A DNA stretch of 63,344 nt, counting the filler, from Conidiobolus incongruus B7586 (Eukaryota), in the NCBI GenBank assembly GCA_000697335.1. It is 7 parts of 7 records of this genome, joined end to end, with 100 filler letters (N's around TTAATTAATTAA, not from the genome) between each part and the next. Parts side by side here need not be neighbours in the genome. Positions count along the whole stretch, not along the records: positions 25,379 to 36,816 come from JNEM01006179.1; positions 36,917 to 54,049 come from JNEM01006183.1; 5 more parts are not named here. The stretch is one strand, 5' to 3'. The position numbers were made by a program, and so were the translations under genes. Positions 26,948 through 40,970 of the stretch are shown in pieces. The stretch's first letter is position 1; every line of letters begins with the position of its first letter. Under the pieces are notes generated by a model. That model was not told the origin of the DNA and ran no database searches. It worked only from the letters and a program-made list of their open reading frames with translations.

Positions 26948-29900
26948 ATAGAATAGCTTGGGAAGGATGATAAATTAAATTAATAATGAGTGAAACTAAA
27001 AAAGTTGAATATTTCTAATTGAGGAAATATAGCATCCTAATCGGAACCAGTATACTTTCAGTTTAGTCTTATTTGAATGAAATTGACCAAAAAAATTATA
27101 TCAAAGTGACTTAATGCGTGGTAAATTGAAATCTTAAACTTCAAAAACAGAATCTGGATGAAAGATTAGTTTATTTGATTTTATAATGTTGAATCAAAAA
27201 TTATTATTTTTAGAATGGTTATTTTATAATCTGAAATTAAAAAATGAAAAAAATTTAAATAATAATATTAAATAATGCACCAGTATTGACTTATTTTAGG
27301 CATATTTACTCTTTCAAAGATCATAAAAATAATTAAATTAATACAACATTTTCTAATAATATCTATCATATTCACTTTCCTAATTGTAAAAGGAGTATAA
27401 TAAGCATATGCAATTAATTGATAATGTTCGGTTTTAATTTTTTTCAAAATTTGAAAAACTAAATCTATGTAATGAATAATAAACTAAAGGAGCTATTGAA
27501 TTATCAAATTTAGGCTTTTGAACTATCAATATTAACTAATTACACAATATTGATATTCCAATTCAAAAGGTAGTAAATTTAGTTATATATAAAACATTGC
27601 ATGAAATACTGTATCAAAGCGAATATATAGATTTTTCCTTAATGTTGTTATTAAAAAGCGCTAATAGAATATCAATAAAATATTTTCAACTATCTCGAAT
27701 AAGGTTATTAGAATACATGTCACATTTCTTAAAATTATTTTTTATTACATTTCCAAACTTTAAAATATGAAGCTTAGTTGAATTGATGAAAAATAAATGA
27801 TTTTGACAACCACATTAATCAAAGTGACCTTATTTCAATAAAAGTTTCCAGTTTATCCCAAATTTGGTTATACAAATCGGTATTGATAAATTCCAGGTTT
27901 TATAATCTGACTCCGAATAATTAAATACATGTGGTTGAATATCTTGCACAAATATTGGATTGGTGAAAATAGGAATGTGGAATATTTTCATATGTTTGAT
28001 CAAGTATTATTTTTCATTGATTGTGAAGCACCGTATATTTCTTCCTATTATAGGTTAATTATACTCAGATTTCATTACAATTACTATATAATTGGTTTTC
28101 AAGACCTGTGGATAAAGATAAATGAAATTACTAAATTCTATTTATTGAATGTAAGCGAAAACTACTATAAATGGTAAGTAACTCCGATTATATGGTAGAA
28201 ATATTAAAATATTTAGTAACATGATAATAATGAAGCACCCAAGTTCGATTTTGTCTACTGGTAAGTGATTCATACCTGTATATTTTAAGGATTTCTATTG
28301 ACTATGCACATTCCCAAATTCAGATTATTTATTATCACAATTAGTTGATTCTAACCCGATTGTCATTATGAGTTTCACAAGAGACATAGTAGTCAAATCT
28401 ATTTATTTAATTGATATCAAGATTGATAAAATTTAAAAATAATATTAAGCCAAAAATTTGATTAATAGGTTTATTTATATGGGTTAAAATTTTAATCTAA
28501 GTTCAAAGCATAATCAATATACATATATGCAATATTGGTTTTATTCATATCTTTGGAAATATAATGTTAGAATATTATAGCAGAAGCTGGATCGTAATGA
28601 TATTGACATATTCTTTAAATACATTTTTTCATTAAAAGTTTGAAATTGTTAGCATTACTTACAAAAATAAATTTAAACATTTTAATTAATAATTGAACCT
28701 AATCAAAATCAATAATTTAATGAAAATATTAATTATATATATTCAGCAATCTTATAAAACTTACAGTGAAAATAATCAAGTATTATTATAAACACACAGA
28801 GATATCTTATGAAGTATATACTTATTATTAATTTAGTATTATATTCTAAAATAATTTCATTTATTTAATAAATATTTCAATTTTCTATAGATTTCATTAT
28901 ATTAGTTAGTTTATTATTAAATAGCAAAGTGAAAGATTGTTAATAGTATTTCACCATTATATAATTATTTACAGAAGATAATATGTAACTTATGGGTAAT
29001 TTTATTAGTTATTATTGAAATATATATTCATTTAATACTAAATAAATATATATTTCAGTTTAATGGGGTTATTCCAATTTTAAGAGTTAAGTATTATAAT
29101 TAAAAACAAATCTATTTAAATTACTTATAGATATAAAAATCTAGTATCCATATTATATATTAAAACACATAACTAGAATTCATATTATTAAATTTATATA
29201 TTACTAAAATAAATGAAATTAAAAAAATATGTTTGTTTGAGCATTAACAGATAAAATTTTCAATTAAATGCTATTGAATGCTAGTAAATACCCCCTTTTA
29301 AGGATCTTTCTACACAAAAATAGGGATATTAAATTATTGATTAGGATTAAGTAATTCAATTAGAAGATTTATAAATACATTGGGACATATTTCATGGTAT
29401 TAATGATGATTAGGATAATTGATATAATTAAATAATACAATGGTAATAAGCTTGGGATAAAATTATAAAGCTTTTGATTACCCAGTCATTTAATATTATT
29501 CATCAATATTTGAGAAATTGTAATATTGAATATTTAGTAAATTAGCGAAAGGAACATTAATAAAATTGAAATTAAAAATGCTATTTTTAAATATTTAACA
29601 CTATTAATATAAAATAATATATTTATTTTATCCATGAAATTTTATAATTTTTATGTTATATAAAATTATATTTATTTTAATCCAATAATACCCTCTAATT
29701 AGAAATTCGAGAAATTAAAAATGTATTTTTTCCATGAAATTTATATACAAAAAACAATACAAACATTACTGGTTCGTTACATTACCAAATTCAGCATCTT
29801 TTCAAGATAGTGGATTTGAATTTGGTAATAATTGATTTACATAGTGTTTTCGATCCAGATCTCTCGCAAATTTTTATTATATTAAATAATTTAATAAATT

Positions 29901-30359
29901 TATAAAACAAATAATATTTGATTTTACTAATTAATATGTAAATATAAATTATTTTTATTTTAAAACTATTATACTTTATTTAATAAAGATTATTAGTTAA
30001 AGTCTGGTTATTAGAAAATATAGTTTCAAAATACTTGGCACTCGGTGTATAATTAATATGTTGCTAATGAGAAAATGTACCAATAGTAAATGAATATCGG
30101 ATATGATCACGAATCAGGTATCTAACTTAACCTCATATTTACAACCTGATGCTAATATAGAAAGTTTATATTAAAGTGATACCAATCCTAGCCAATGATA
30201 TTATTGGTGAAAATTTTATGGTGTGTGAGTTTATTATCAAAGAAATATGAAAATGTTTGATATAAAAAGGAGACTTTAGAATTAAAAATGACGTATAATA
30301 TTTGTTTATTATCGCAGTGATTAAATATTGTATTGTTGATAGAATTCTATTGAATTACA

Positions 30360-31052
30360 ATGCCCAAAACAACTTTTAAAGTCAAATCAAGTAAATCCAA
30401 CAAGAAATCTTGTACACAACATCTTTCTTCTGAATCGGTTGCCCCAAGACCTTGCGATAGATGTCGCAAGCATAGAATTAGATGCGATAGGAACCCTAAT
30501 CAATGCCACCATTGCAAGAGGAAAAATGTGGATTGTACCTATTTAGATATCCCAAAGAAAAGAGGGCCCAAATCCAGAATTGATTTAGCTCTTGAACATT
30601 ACCTCAATAGTTCCAACAATGATTTTTCATCAGATAATACACAAGAACCATTATCTATTGAATCAATTTATGAAACTAAAACAGAAAGTTATTCTCGCGA
30701 CTTCTCGCCTACAATCAGTGACCCCATGATGATTAATATAAGTCTCATTGATAATCAATCGATATATCAGCCACTTTATCATCCAGATCTATTTAATTTT
30801 TCATTCCCCATGAATATTCCTTTCATTAATATGAACAAATTTTATCCATCTACGATTTCTCCGCAAGTCATATATAAAATTCCCAGCTGGGATTGGAATG
30901 GATATATGATGAATATGAATGATTTATCGACAAATATTACCTCCCAATGTTCATTATATCCAAACTCCAATTTTGATTCATTACCTCATGATTTTTGGTT
31001 AACTATATCTAATACTAATTCCGCCTATGATTCGACCTTTTATCACTTTTGA
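30360..31052 (+). CDS. Zn(II)2Cys6 binuclear-cluster transcription factor (230 aa, intronless)
   Basis: CDRCRKHRIRCDRNPNQCHHCKRKNVDC followed by KKRGPK linker; TATAAAA at 30261. Confidence 0.88.
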   Translation: MPKTTFKVKSSKSNKKSCTQHLSSESVAPRPCDRCRKHRIRCDRNPNQCHHCKRKNVDCTYLDIPKKRGPKSRIDLALEHYLNSSNNDFSSDNTQEPLSIESIYETKTESYSRDFSPTISDPMMINISLIDNQSIYQPLYHPDLFNFSFPMNIPFINMNKFYPSTISPQVIYKIPSWDWNGYMMNMNDLSTNITSQCSLYPNSNFDSLPHDFWLTISNTNSAYDSTFYHF

Positions 31053-34000
31053 TATGGTTTCGCTTTTACTTTGAGAGTAATAAACCGTATTATATTTTAC
31101 AGTAAACATATATATATATATATAATTCTTAAATGAACTAATATCGGATAATGAAGATATACGTATAAATTTTTAATATAAAACATTCCGTTTAAATTGA
31201 GATTTTTCCTTTTTTCTAAAATTGATGACAATTTAATAGTAAATTCAACTAATTAAGATTTAAATCCAAAAAATCTCAATAAAATTAAAATTTTATGTAG
31301 TTGAAATGTATTTTCTAGAGAAATATATACTAAACCTCTTATCAATTTTTAAATTTCATTTATACTAAGATGTTCATATATATATTACTAATATTTATAA
31401 ACAATTTTATAATATATTATAGTATATTTGAATTTTGAAAATTGATAAACATTTATAACTTTCTTATAATAAATATTTAAAGAAATATTTATGGAATAAG
31501 AATTGATATGAAATTTTGAGTTAATTTTGATATTTAATTTTGAAATTTACAATTTGACAGAAAATAAACCATTAAATTTTGAAGTGATATATATATATAT
31601 ATATATATATTTAAAAGTCTGTTTAATAAATTACAAACTGAAAAAAGTTCCAAATATGAACTTATTTTTCAATTGAGAATAGTTTATTGGTATTATTTTT
31701 ATCAAATTTATTAACAAAAATTCTTTATAATTAAATATTTGTTAATATTACCATAGTAATTAAAATAATTCGTGAAACTATTATCAAGTTTGACTTAAAT
31801 TACAGTATTATAAATCTATTTTTTCCAATTTTATAATTTTGATGACATATTTAGATAATCATAAGAATCAAAATTAAATTATTATATCAGTTGAAATATT
31901 AATGACAAAATAATATGATGTAGACTTTTCAATTACAAATGTCTTCGCAAATTTTCTTAAAGATATATAGATTTGAATACGCAGTTATAATCACGAGTGC
32001 AATTTTGGCTATAATTTTGAAACTAAACATTATGTATATCTATGGCAGATATTTATTTAAATTAGGAATATAAGAGCTCAGTGTATTCTAAGGTTAATTT
32101 CTGAAATTTAGGTTTCACAATAATGAGTTTGATAAATATAATTTTTCATGGGATTTTAAAGTGATTAATATAAATTGAAAAGCTATCTTTTAGTGTTGGA
32201 AAATGAATGTTTGAAATTTATTATTTATTAAAATTGAGATATCTCTTATAATAAGTGAATATTTAATATAAGAATATATACTTGATTACCTAAAATAAAC
32301 TTGAGAGAAATGTTTTAGTTTTACATGACAATATATTTCTGAATATTGTGTTTTTGAACAGAATATTGGTAGTTAAATACATTGCATAAATATAACGACA
32401 AATTGATATTTGGAATAATATGAAAAATGATTGTAGAGTTCATATAAATCAGAAAATAATGATTATAATTAATTAATATGATTAGTAATTTATTAGATAT
32501 TCAAATTGAATAAGGAAATGCACATATATAATTATGAAAAACAACATTGTATTTTGAAAGATATAGTATCAAATAAATATAAATATTCAAATTAAATGAA
32601 ATTTGTTTTTAGTAAATTTGAGATATGAATTACAATTAAAAATACATATTTAGTATATAATTTTGACAATATAGATAAAAAATATAAATTTTAAATATTA
32701 TTACTTTAATTCATGAATAAAATTTTATATTACTATTAATAAGTTTTAGCCAGAAAATAGCTTTGAATTTGAATCTAATAAACATATTTGAAAATTAGAT
32801 TACAAATGAAAATCAAGAAATTAATAAAAATTTATTATGATAATTAAATCATTGATAAAAATGTTTTCTGGATCTAAAATCGCTGAATTGCCATTTTGGT
32901 ATTTTGACCTTTTCTGGTAAACAGCGATATTTTGAACTCAACTAGGATTTTCACATGATTCTATTATCAAATAGCCACTAGTCAGATGTTTTTTCTTATA
33001 TATGATTGAAATTATTTTTATATTATTTCTATTAGTGAATTTAATTATATTATTCCATCTTTAGTAAGTTTCTTTATTGAAAATAATTGAATTTGATGTA
33101 ATTCTTAATTAGTAAATCAATTATGAACATCCTTCAATAAGGATATTTTAGATTAAGTTAATTTAATTATATAAGTATTAAAACTACGATATAAATACAA
33201 TATAAATTAAAACTAAAAATTGAAAGTATTTCGAGCCTATATATTAATGTATTTGAATTCAAAAAAGGTAATATCTCACTCAAAATCACTCTAGTTCAAT
33301 AATAAATATATTTTTCTACCGTTTCAGACTACGATTGAATTTAATTGAAAGTATATTTGAGTTTCCTCTGAGTAATTTAATATAACCGAAATATCACTCA
33401 ATCAATCCCAATATATTAAATGGTTAGTTGTATAATATATTTATATTATAATATCACACAATATCATTCACTTTTTATTACATTTTTTGATCTTCTCATT
33501 CCAATTGTATTTCTAATTTAAATTTTTTAAAAATTAATTATATTCAAATTAAGGTTAATAATAAAAATTGATCACCATATCGTTACAGCATCAGTTGATA
33601 GCAATAATAAAATAAGTAGCTAAGGCAAGAAAGCTTCAGCTAGTAAATGACAATACTATACCTAAGACCTAGAAGATGAAAGGATGATTCCATATTATGA
33701 GAAGTCGACTATCCTCCTTCCAGTCCAATTTTTAGGAAAAAATAGTGTTTAGAAGTGAGATAGATCTTTAGAGTATAGCGATGTAACTTCCAGGATAACA
33801 TCCCCATAAAAAATAAATGGCCATGCAAAGATGCTTGTGCAGGTTACAATCTAGATAACCACAATATATTGTTAATTCTCTATAGACCTTTACATATATT
33901 AATAAATCCAAATTATTACAATTATTCAGTAATTTGATCTAACCAATTTATCAATTTAAAATATCTAAATATTGACATCTATGTTTAGTGTTAAAGGATT

Positions 34001-35120
34001 TATAAAGTTCATTATAGTTGTTTTTCCATTTGACTTATCCACTCAAGTATTTGTTCTTTAACATACAAAATCAATTGCATATAAAAATCTTAATCGATAC
34101 TAGATTTTACTGATATATATATATATATATATATATACCAACTTAAGGAGTAAAAACAAAACTCTTCAAATTCAATAACTTTAATTTTCTAATTTACCTT
34201 AGTGAATTTGTTATTATATAATAAATTGAACCATTTCAATTCGATTGGTTGTCAATATTTGTATTAAATTTGTACCAAATTCAGTTTTATGAAATTTTAT
34301 TGCTTTAAAGAAAATTTAATAGTTCCTTCTTTCAACAATTTTAATATTATTCTCTGACTATCATTAATCACTATTATTCCTCTAAAATTTAAGGCTATTT
34401 CTTTTAAATCTTATTCATTTTAATACCGCTTATTATATTTTTTATTACAAGAAATCATTAACTACACTAATTTTCTTAACAAAATTAACTAATGTACAAA
34501 CTATTTGAAAAAATAAAATTATTTTCAATATTTGTAATAGATACCTCACATTGAAAAAAAATTATTAAACTTTTGATTTTAATGAACCCATTATTTTTAT
34601 TACTTCGAGTTGCCTCTTAATTTTACTTTCATATAAAGTAACTATTAATGATGAAATATAGAGATAATTAAAATTAAATAAAAAATTATTTAAATCTTCA
34701 AAGAGGTTTAAAATATATTATCAAGCTGAATATATATATTTTATAAAAAACTATATACTTATTTGATTTATGAATAACTATTAATATGTGATTAAAATAA
34801 ACTTATAATTGTAAATCAAACCCTTGAATAATATAATAGATTATTACAAAATATTAACTTATAAATTGAAATTGATTAGGGTTTTGAAAAATACTTTATT
34901 TTAGAAAATAATATAAATAATCAAAATAATTCAATATAAAAATAATTGAGGAAAAAATATTTTCTAATATTTTTATATTAATATTACAAAATAATATTTA
35001 TAGATTTAATTAATATGAAATATTAAAATAAAAAGCTATTTAATATTTATAAAATTTTATTTTTGAAATTTTTTATAATATTTAATTAATATGTTGGTAT
35101 TTGATTATGTAATATATATA

Positions 35121-36690
35121 CACTAACTTGCAAAAGTGAGTCATAAAATCAAAAATATATATTTTTTAATTATTAACTAAAATAATTATATATATTAAAA
35201 TACTTGAAACTATAATATATAATTAAAGTATATTATTTAATAATAAATAAATATATTTAGATATATTTAGTAAACTATTAGCAAAAATATTAACCTTTAA
35301 TATTTAACTAAGGTGAGTTATAAATTTACAGGTTTTTAAGATAAAGGGATAAATTTAATAATATATAACTATATCTTTTTTCTCTCTTTGTTATTATTTT
35401 ATATAATATTTTATAAATATACTAAATTTTTTTATTAGTATTATTATACCTAAATCCCTCTTTAAAAAAATCTACTTATATATCAATCAACTTTATAAAG
35501 AAGGTACATTAATTTATGATATTATTAGAATTACTAGTGTTAATTAGTTTACTATAATTAAAATTATTAAAAATAGCAATAAAAAAATATTTAAACTTAA
35601 ACTTTAATGTATTAAAATTATAGATGAATATAATAAGAAGTATATTTATAGGTTAGTTAATATAAGTAAATATAATACTATTATAAAAATATAACAGGAA
35701 TTATAAGATTATATAAGAATATTAGTTAGCATTAATACTATTATACATATTTTATATTAGTATAGATATTATTTATACTTTAAGAAAAAACACCCATAAT
35801 TAAAAAAATCCCATTATAAAATTAGGTAAAAATTTAAATATTATAACTAATGTTAAACTAAAACTAATTAGAGTAAGGTTATTTAATTTAATAAAACAAA
35901 AATATACTTTAGTAAATTTAATAAAAAAGCTAGATACTTTAAAAAAGATATAAAATTACTTTGTGATTATTATGTTAATTCTACCTAAAAATACAATGAT
36001 AGGTTAATTATTATTTATACATATATGTTGTCTTTAGGTATAAGGTATTTTTATAAAGTTAATAGGGGAATTAATATTGAGATATGCTAAAATATTCTAA
36101 ACAATAAATTGAAAAAACTATTGAATAGTATAGGTTAAACAAATCTAATGTTATTTTTTAATAAGATAATATTTCTTGTTATACTATAACTTTTATTACC
36201 AAATAATTTAAAAATAACAAGATAATAATTATAAAGTAATTTCTTTAATCTTTAATTTTAATTTAATTGAATATCTTTAGGATTAGTTAAAAAAAGCTAT
36301 TAAAGCTTTTCCCCCAGCAAAAAATTTAAATCAACTTTAAAAATATGTTTAAGAAGTATAGAACAAGATTAACCTCTTTTTAATATAAAAGGTTAGTTGA
36401 TTCTATACCCCACAAACTTAAAGAAGTTAGAAAAGCTAAAGGTAGATATACTAGGTTTTAATTTTTTTTATCACCAAAAACCTATAAATTTATAATTCAC
36501 CTTAGGTAAAATTTAAAGGTTTATATTTTAACCAATTAATAACTAAATATCATCATTTAATGATATATATAATTAATAAATATAATAGATTTTAATTATT
36601 TAATTTAGGTTTATTTCATTAAATATCAATTAAGTTATTAATTAAAATATAAGTGTTTATGATTTTATAACTCACTTTTGCAAGTTAGTG
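35121..36690 (+). mobile_element. Tc1 transposon copy 3 (1570 bp), transposase pseudogene 35446-36461
   Basis: TIRs CACTAACTTGCAAAAGTGAGT at both ends, flanked by TA within TATATA runs; reverse complement of copy 1. Confidence 0.92.
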
Positions 36691-36916
36691 TATATATATA
36701 TAATTATAATTTTAATTTAAAATTGTTTTTATTTTAAAATTACCTTTAATATAATAATAAATATATCTAATTCATTTGATTTTAGATTATTATTATATTT
36801 TTGAATAATTTTAAATNNNNNNNNNNNNNNNNNNNNNNNNNNNNNNNNNNNNNNNNNNNNTTAATTAATTAANNNNNNNNNNNNNNNNNNNNNNNNNNNN
36901 NNNNNNNNNNNNNNNN

Positions 36917-39087
36917 GATTCCTTGGGATTTAAGAAAACTTTATCAAATCCTCTTAATCTCTGGAATTCAGGTGAAATAGATCTGTAAATTTGGGTGGCA
37001 TACATGAGCACTGATTCAGCTCCTGGCATTGATCCTGTATTAGTAACAGTCACGCTCACATCAAGAGTGCTGTTAGGTTGGATTTGACTGCTAGACAAAG
37101 TAAGATCGGTGTAGTTGAAGGTAGTATATGACAATCCGTGCCCAAATTCCCATTGAGGATTGTAAGTATCACTGTATCTTCTATAGTTGTTAATGGTAGT
37201 CATACTGGCCTTATTAGTATAAGTAATAGGAAGCTTTCCGGAAGGGTTCACGTATCCATAGATGATTTCGGCGATAGCTTGACCACCTTCAGGTCCAACC
37301 AAGAAAGAAGTTAAAATTGCAGATGGAAGATCAGCCACATTATCGAAGACTCTAGGGCGTCCTTGAGAAAGTACAAGGATGAGAGGTTTGTTAGATTTGG
37401 CAAGGAGCTTGACAAGATCGAGTTGACCTTCTGGAAGACGCATATCGTCAATATTACCAATAAGTTCTGCATAGTTACGCTCTCCAAGACACACTACATT
37501 GACATCGCTGAAGCTGGCAGCACCAGAGATTTGCTCAGGAGAAGTATTGTTTAGCCACTTTCCTTCAATATCTACGCTGGGTAAATAGCTAATATTATTT
37601 CCACCAATCTTCTTAAGTCCTTGAAGTATAGTAGTTCCCCGACCCTCAAAGAAATCTTCACGGATTGCTCCATTCCAGTTCGAAGCACCCTGCCATGTGA
37701 AAGTCCATCCACCAGTTAAATAGTTGAGACTGTCAGCGCAAGGGCCAGTTAAGAATAACTTAGTACTGGGTTTAAGGGGAAGGACTTTGTTACGATTCTC
37801 CAAAAGTATCACTGACTCTCTAGCCATATTTAGGGATGCGGCACGATCTTCAGCACGACCAATAGTTTTAATAAGTGGTGAACTGGGATCAACTTGACCA
37901 TCAGATCCGAGCAAGCCAAGCTTGTATTTAAGTTCAAGAACCCTCTTAACATTTTGATCAATAGCTTTAGCTGGAACACGACCAGATCTGACCAGTGAGA
38001 CCAACATTTCAAAGAACTCACCATTGTATGGAACCATACTAACATCAATAGTTCCCAATTTCATTGCCATCACTAATGAATCGTTTAATGATTTGGCAAC
38101 ATGGTGCTGTGAGTGGAGTTTGAAAATCTGTTCAAAATCAGTTACTAAAGCGCCTTTGAAACCCATTTGCTCTCTAAGCAAATCCACCAATATTTCTTTG
38201 CTCTTGACAGCATGGTTACCGTTGATATCAGAGTAAGATTCCATAGCAGTTGCAATACCAGTGTCAACCAAAGCCTGAAATGGAGGCACAAAATATTCAT
38301 CTAAAATCCTCTTAGACATCCAAGATCCATCAACATCGTGTCCAGATCTTGAGTTGGAGTATCCGATGAAGTGTTTCATTGTACCAGCTACCTTGTCTCC
38401 TCGCTTAAGATCACATACACTTTCACCTTGGTAGCCCAAGACGACTTCCTTACCAAGTTCTCCAGCAACATATGGGTCTTCTCCAAAAGTTTCGTAAATA
38501 CGTGGCCACTGTTTGTTTACAGCAATATCAGCAAGTGGGCTAAAATTCCAATGTACACCAACCGCTCTTGTATCTTTGGCAGTGATCTCACCAAATATAC
38601 GTGCAGCAGTTCGGTTGAAGGTGGCACCCATACCAATCTGCTGAGGAAATAGGGTAGCTCCACGAACGTAGTTAGCACCGTGGACTGAATCAAGACCAAA
38701 TATCATAGGAATCTTGAGACGAGTATTTTTCTGGATATAATCTTGGATTTCGTTCATGACTCGAACCCAAGTAGCAGGATCGGCACAGTTGAGATCAGTA
38801 CCATCGGACAAATTATTAAGAAATGATCCTGCAAGTCGTTGTTTGATGTAATAGTCTAATTGAGTTGTATTCAACTTTCCGCTATTGGCGTCGTATAGCT
38901 TATTTATATTGATTTGAGTTAATTGTCCGACTTTTTCTTCAAGAGTCATAGAAGCCATAAGTGCGCCAACTCTAGCGCTCATTTGTGATTCGAATTGTCT
39001 TGTATCACATTTTGCATTGCTTGGACTTTGTGCATAGATGCAAGATATTAAAAGAAGTGTCAATTGTGAAAAATATCCTGACAACAT
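36917..39087 (-). CDS. Secreted GH3 beta-glucosidase A (3' end in gap)
   Basis: Signal peptide, MTLEEKVGQL, GLDSVHG, WPRIYETFGEDP, KHF, LVTDF nucleophile motif, VCLGE, PSGKLP, FGHGLSYT and Fn3-like tail. Confidence 0.93.
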
Positions 39088-40361
39088 TGCGAATTATTTA
39101 TAATATGTATTGAGTAATTTTACCTGAGTTTAAATAATAAAATATTAATTAAAATAAATATATTAAATAAATTTTTGATTGTTATCACTTAGCTAAGTGA
39201 AGCTTAATTTCAATGAATTAATTCTTTTTATACTTTGATTAAAATATCATCCAAACTAAAGTTCTATATTCAATTACATCATTTTAACTATTAAATGTAA
39301 ACAAAGCGGCCATACTATATTTATTATAACATTACTAGTAACAAACCTTGCGTATTGTCATATTGTCTTTGCTTAATCCTAAGAAATACTTCCGCTCAAA
39401 ATCCTAAATTGGTTAGCACATTAATTATAATTAACTATTCATGAGTGTTAAAATTTAGCAGAATTAATTTTGGTGTTTAGTGGAATTTAATTTTAATTCA
39501 GGGTTAACCATGTGGTTTTTTGTTGACATTCCATTCACCCAGTCACAATTCTATATTTGGAAATTGTCCATCATCAATTGAATTTTCTAATAATTTTAAT
39601 AGAAAAATTGATTTCAGTATCTGATGGAATAGATATGGTTTTTTACAAATTTAATAAAAATAAATTATAATTATTCAATAAGATCATATGTAGCATATTG
39701 CTCCTTATATATTTTTAACAATGTCCCTTGAAACCGCTATTAATGCAATTTAATAAAATTTAATCTATTAACATTTTATATTGTCGATTTTTCGTAAAAA
39801 TATAAAAATCAGAGTAAATTGTATATATAAATATAAATATATTTACTATTTAATATAAAATTATAAATTTAACTTTAAAAATTTTAAAGAATATTAAACA
39901 TCCCAAAAAATTTCATTGGTTAAATAAGATTTATGAAAACAAATATTCATATCCAATTTGATGCCAAAATATGTTTTTATTAATTCTTTTTTATTTAGTA
40001 AAAGTGAATAATGATATTTTTATTCATCACTTTAACATGGTATAATAGTGATTTAAATTTAAAAAATCAGCATCTATTTTATAATTTATTCAGTATTGAA
40101 AAATTATTTCAGTTAAAATATTTTATATTATTCCTATTAAGTGTTTACTGATATTTTACAATTTTCTAGATAAATTTATCATTTAAATTCACGAATACAC
40201 ATTTACTTAATTTCATTAAGAATTAAATACACTTTCATGTCAATATATAACAAACTAAATTTTATTTCAATATATAAAATTAGTATACCTCTAATACTGA
40301 ATTATAATTCATATTATATTGAAACATAATAATTAGAGTAATAATTATCATATATCTCAGA

Positions 40362-40970
40362 TATTAACAATATTTGAGAAATAAGTGTGCTGATCAGAAA
40401 TAGTTTTTGGAGGTAAACCTGGATAATTGGCTATAAAATGAGTTGAAAGAGATTGTATTAATTCTGTCAATTAGCGGTGTATTATCCTAGTGCTGGAAAC
40501 TGAGATAATTATATTGAGTTAAGCTTGATTGTTTATAACTTATAGTATTTTGATATTGTTTATTTAGAATTATGTTTAAAAGTTAATTATAAAGATTTTG
40601 ATCTAATTTCCTTTAGCTAGAAAAAGTATGTTTTCTCCCCTCTGTTGTTGGGATAAGATCTGATAAATTTGAGAGAAAATAGGATAAGAGGCAAATTGTG
40701 AGTAATAGAAATAAAAAGTTAAAGGTATAAGGAATAATTTGATAGGGACGTGACAAGCGGGGAGGACCCGGATCTGGGTGATCTCGGTATTAATCGCTCA
40801 AATACCGGATTTTTATGGTGTAGGTCGGGTAAAGTGATTTAAGAATTGCTGAGGTGGCTTGACTGTATGGCGAATCACCGAATGAAAACTAATTCTGTAT
40901 GTGAAGGACAAATAATAATTACGTTCAAGTGCTGTAAGGATACTTGATGAGAGTAGAGGCTGCGGCCACA
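40362..40970 (-). mobile_element. Diverged family-A-related solo LTR interrupted by a nested insertion (left end approximate, 40350-40365)
   Basis: Shares GGGAGGACCC.GATC, CCGGATTT, GGGTAA.GTGATT and TGTAAGGATA.TTG blocks with 26612-26947; ends CA at 40970. Confidence 0.55.
40478..40755. mobile_element. Nested solo LTR, family B (278 bp), with 5-bp TSD AGCGG
   Basis: TGT...ACA termini; AGCGG at 40473-40477 and 40756-40760; right end CGTGACA as in family A. Confidence 0.75.

Noticed and set aside
33580..33870. Slightly GC-richer patch, possible LTR or gene relic
   Set aside because: No termini, TSD, second copy or recognisable translation.
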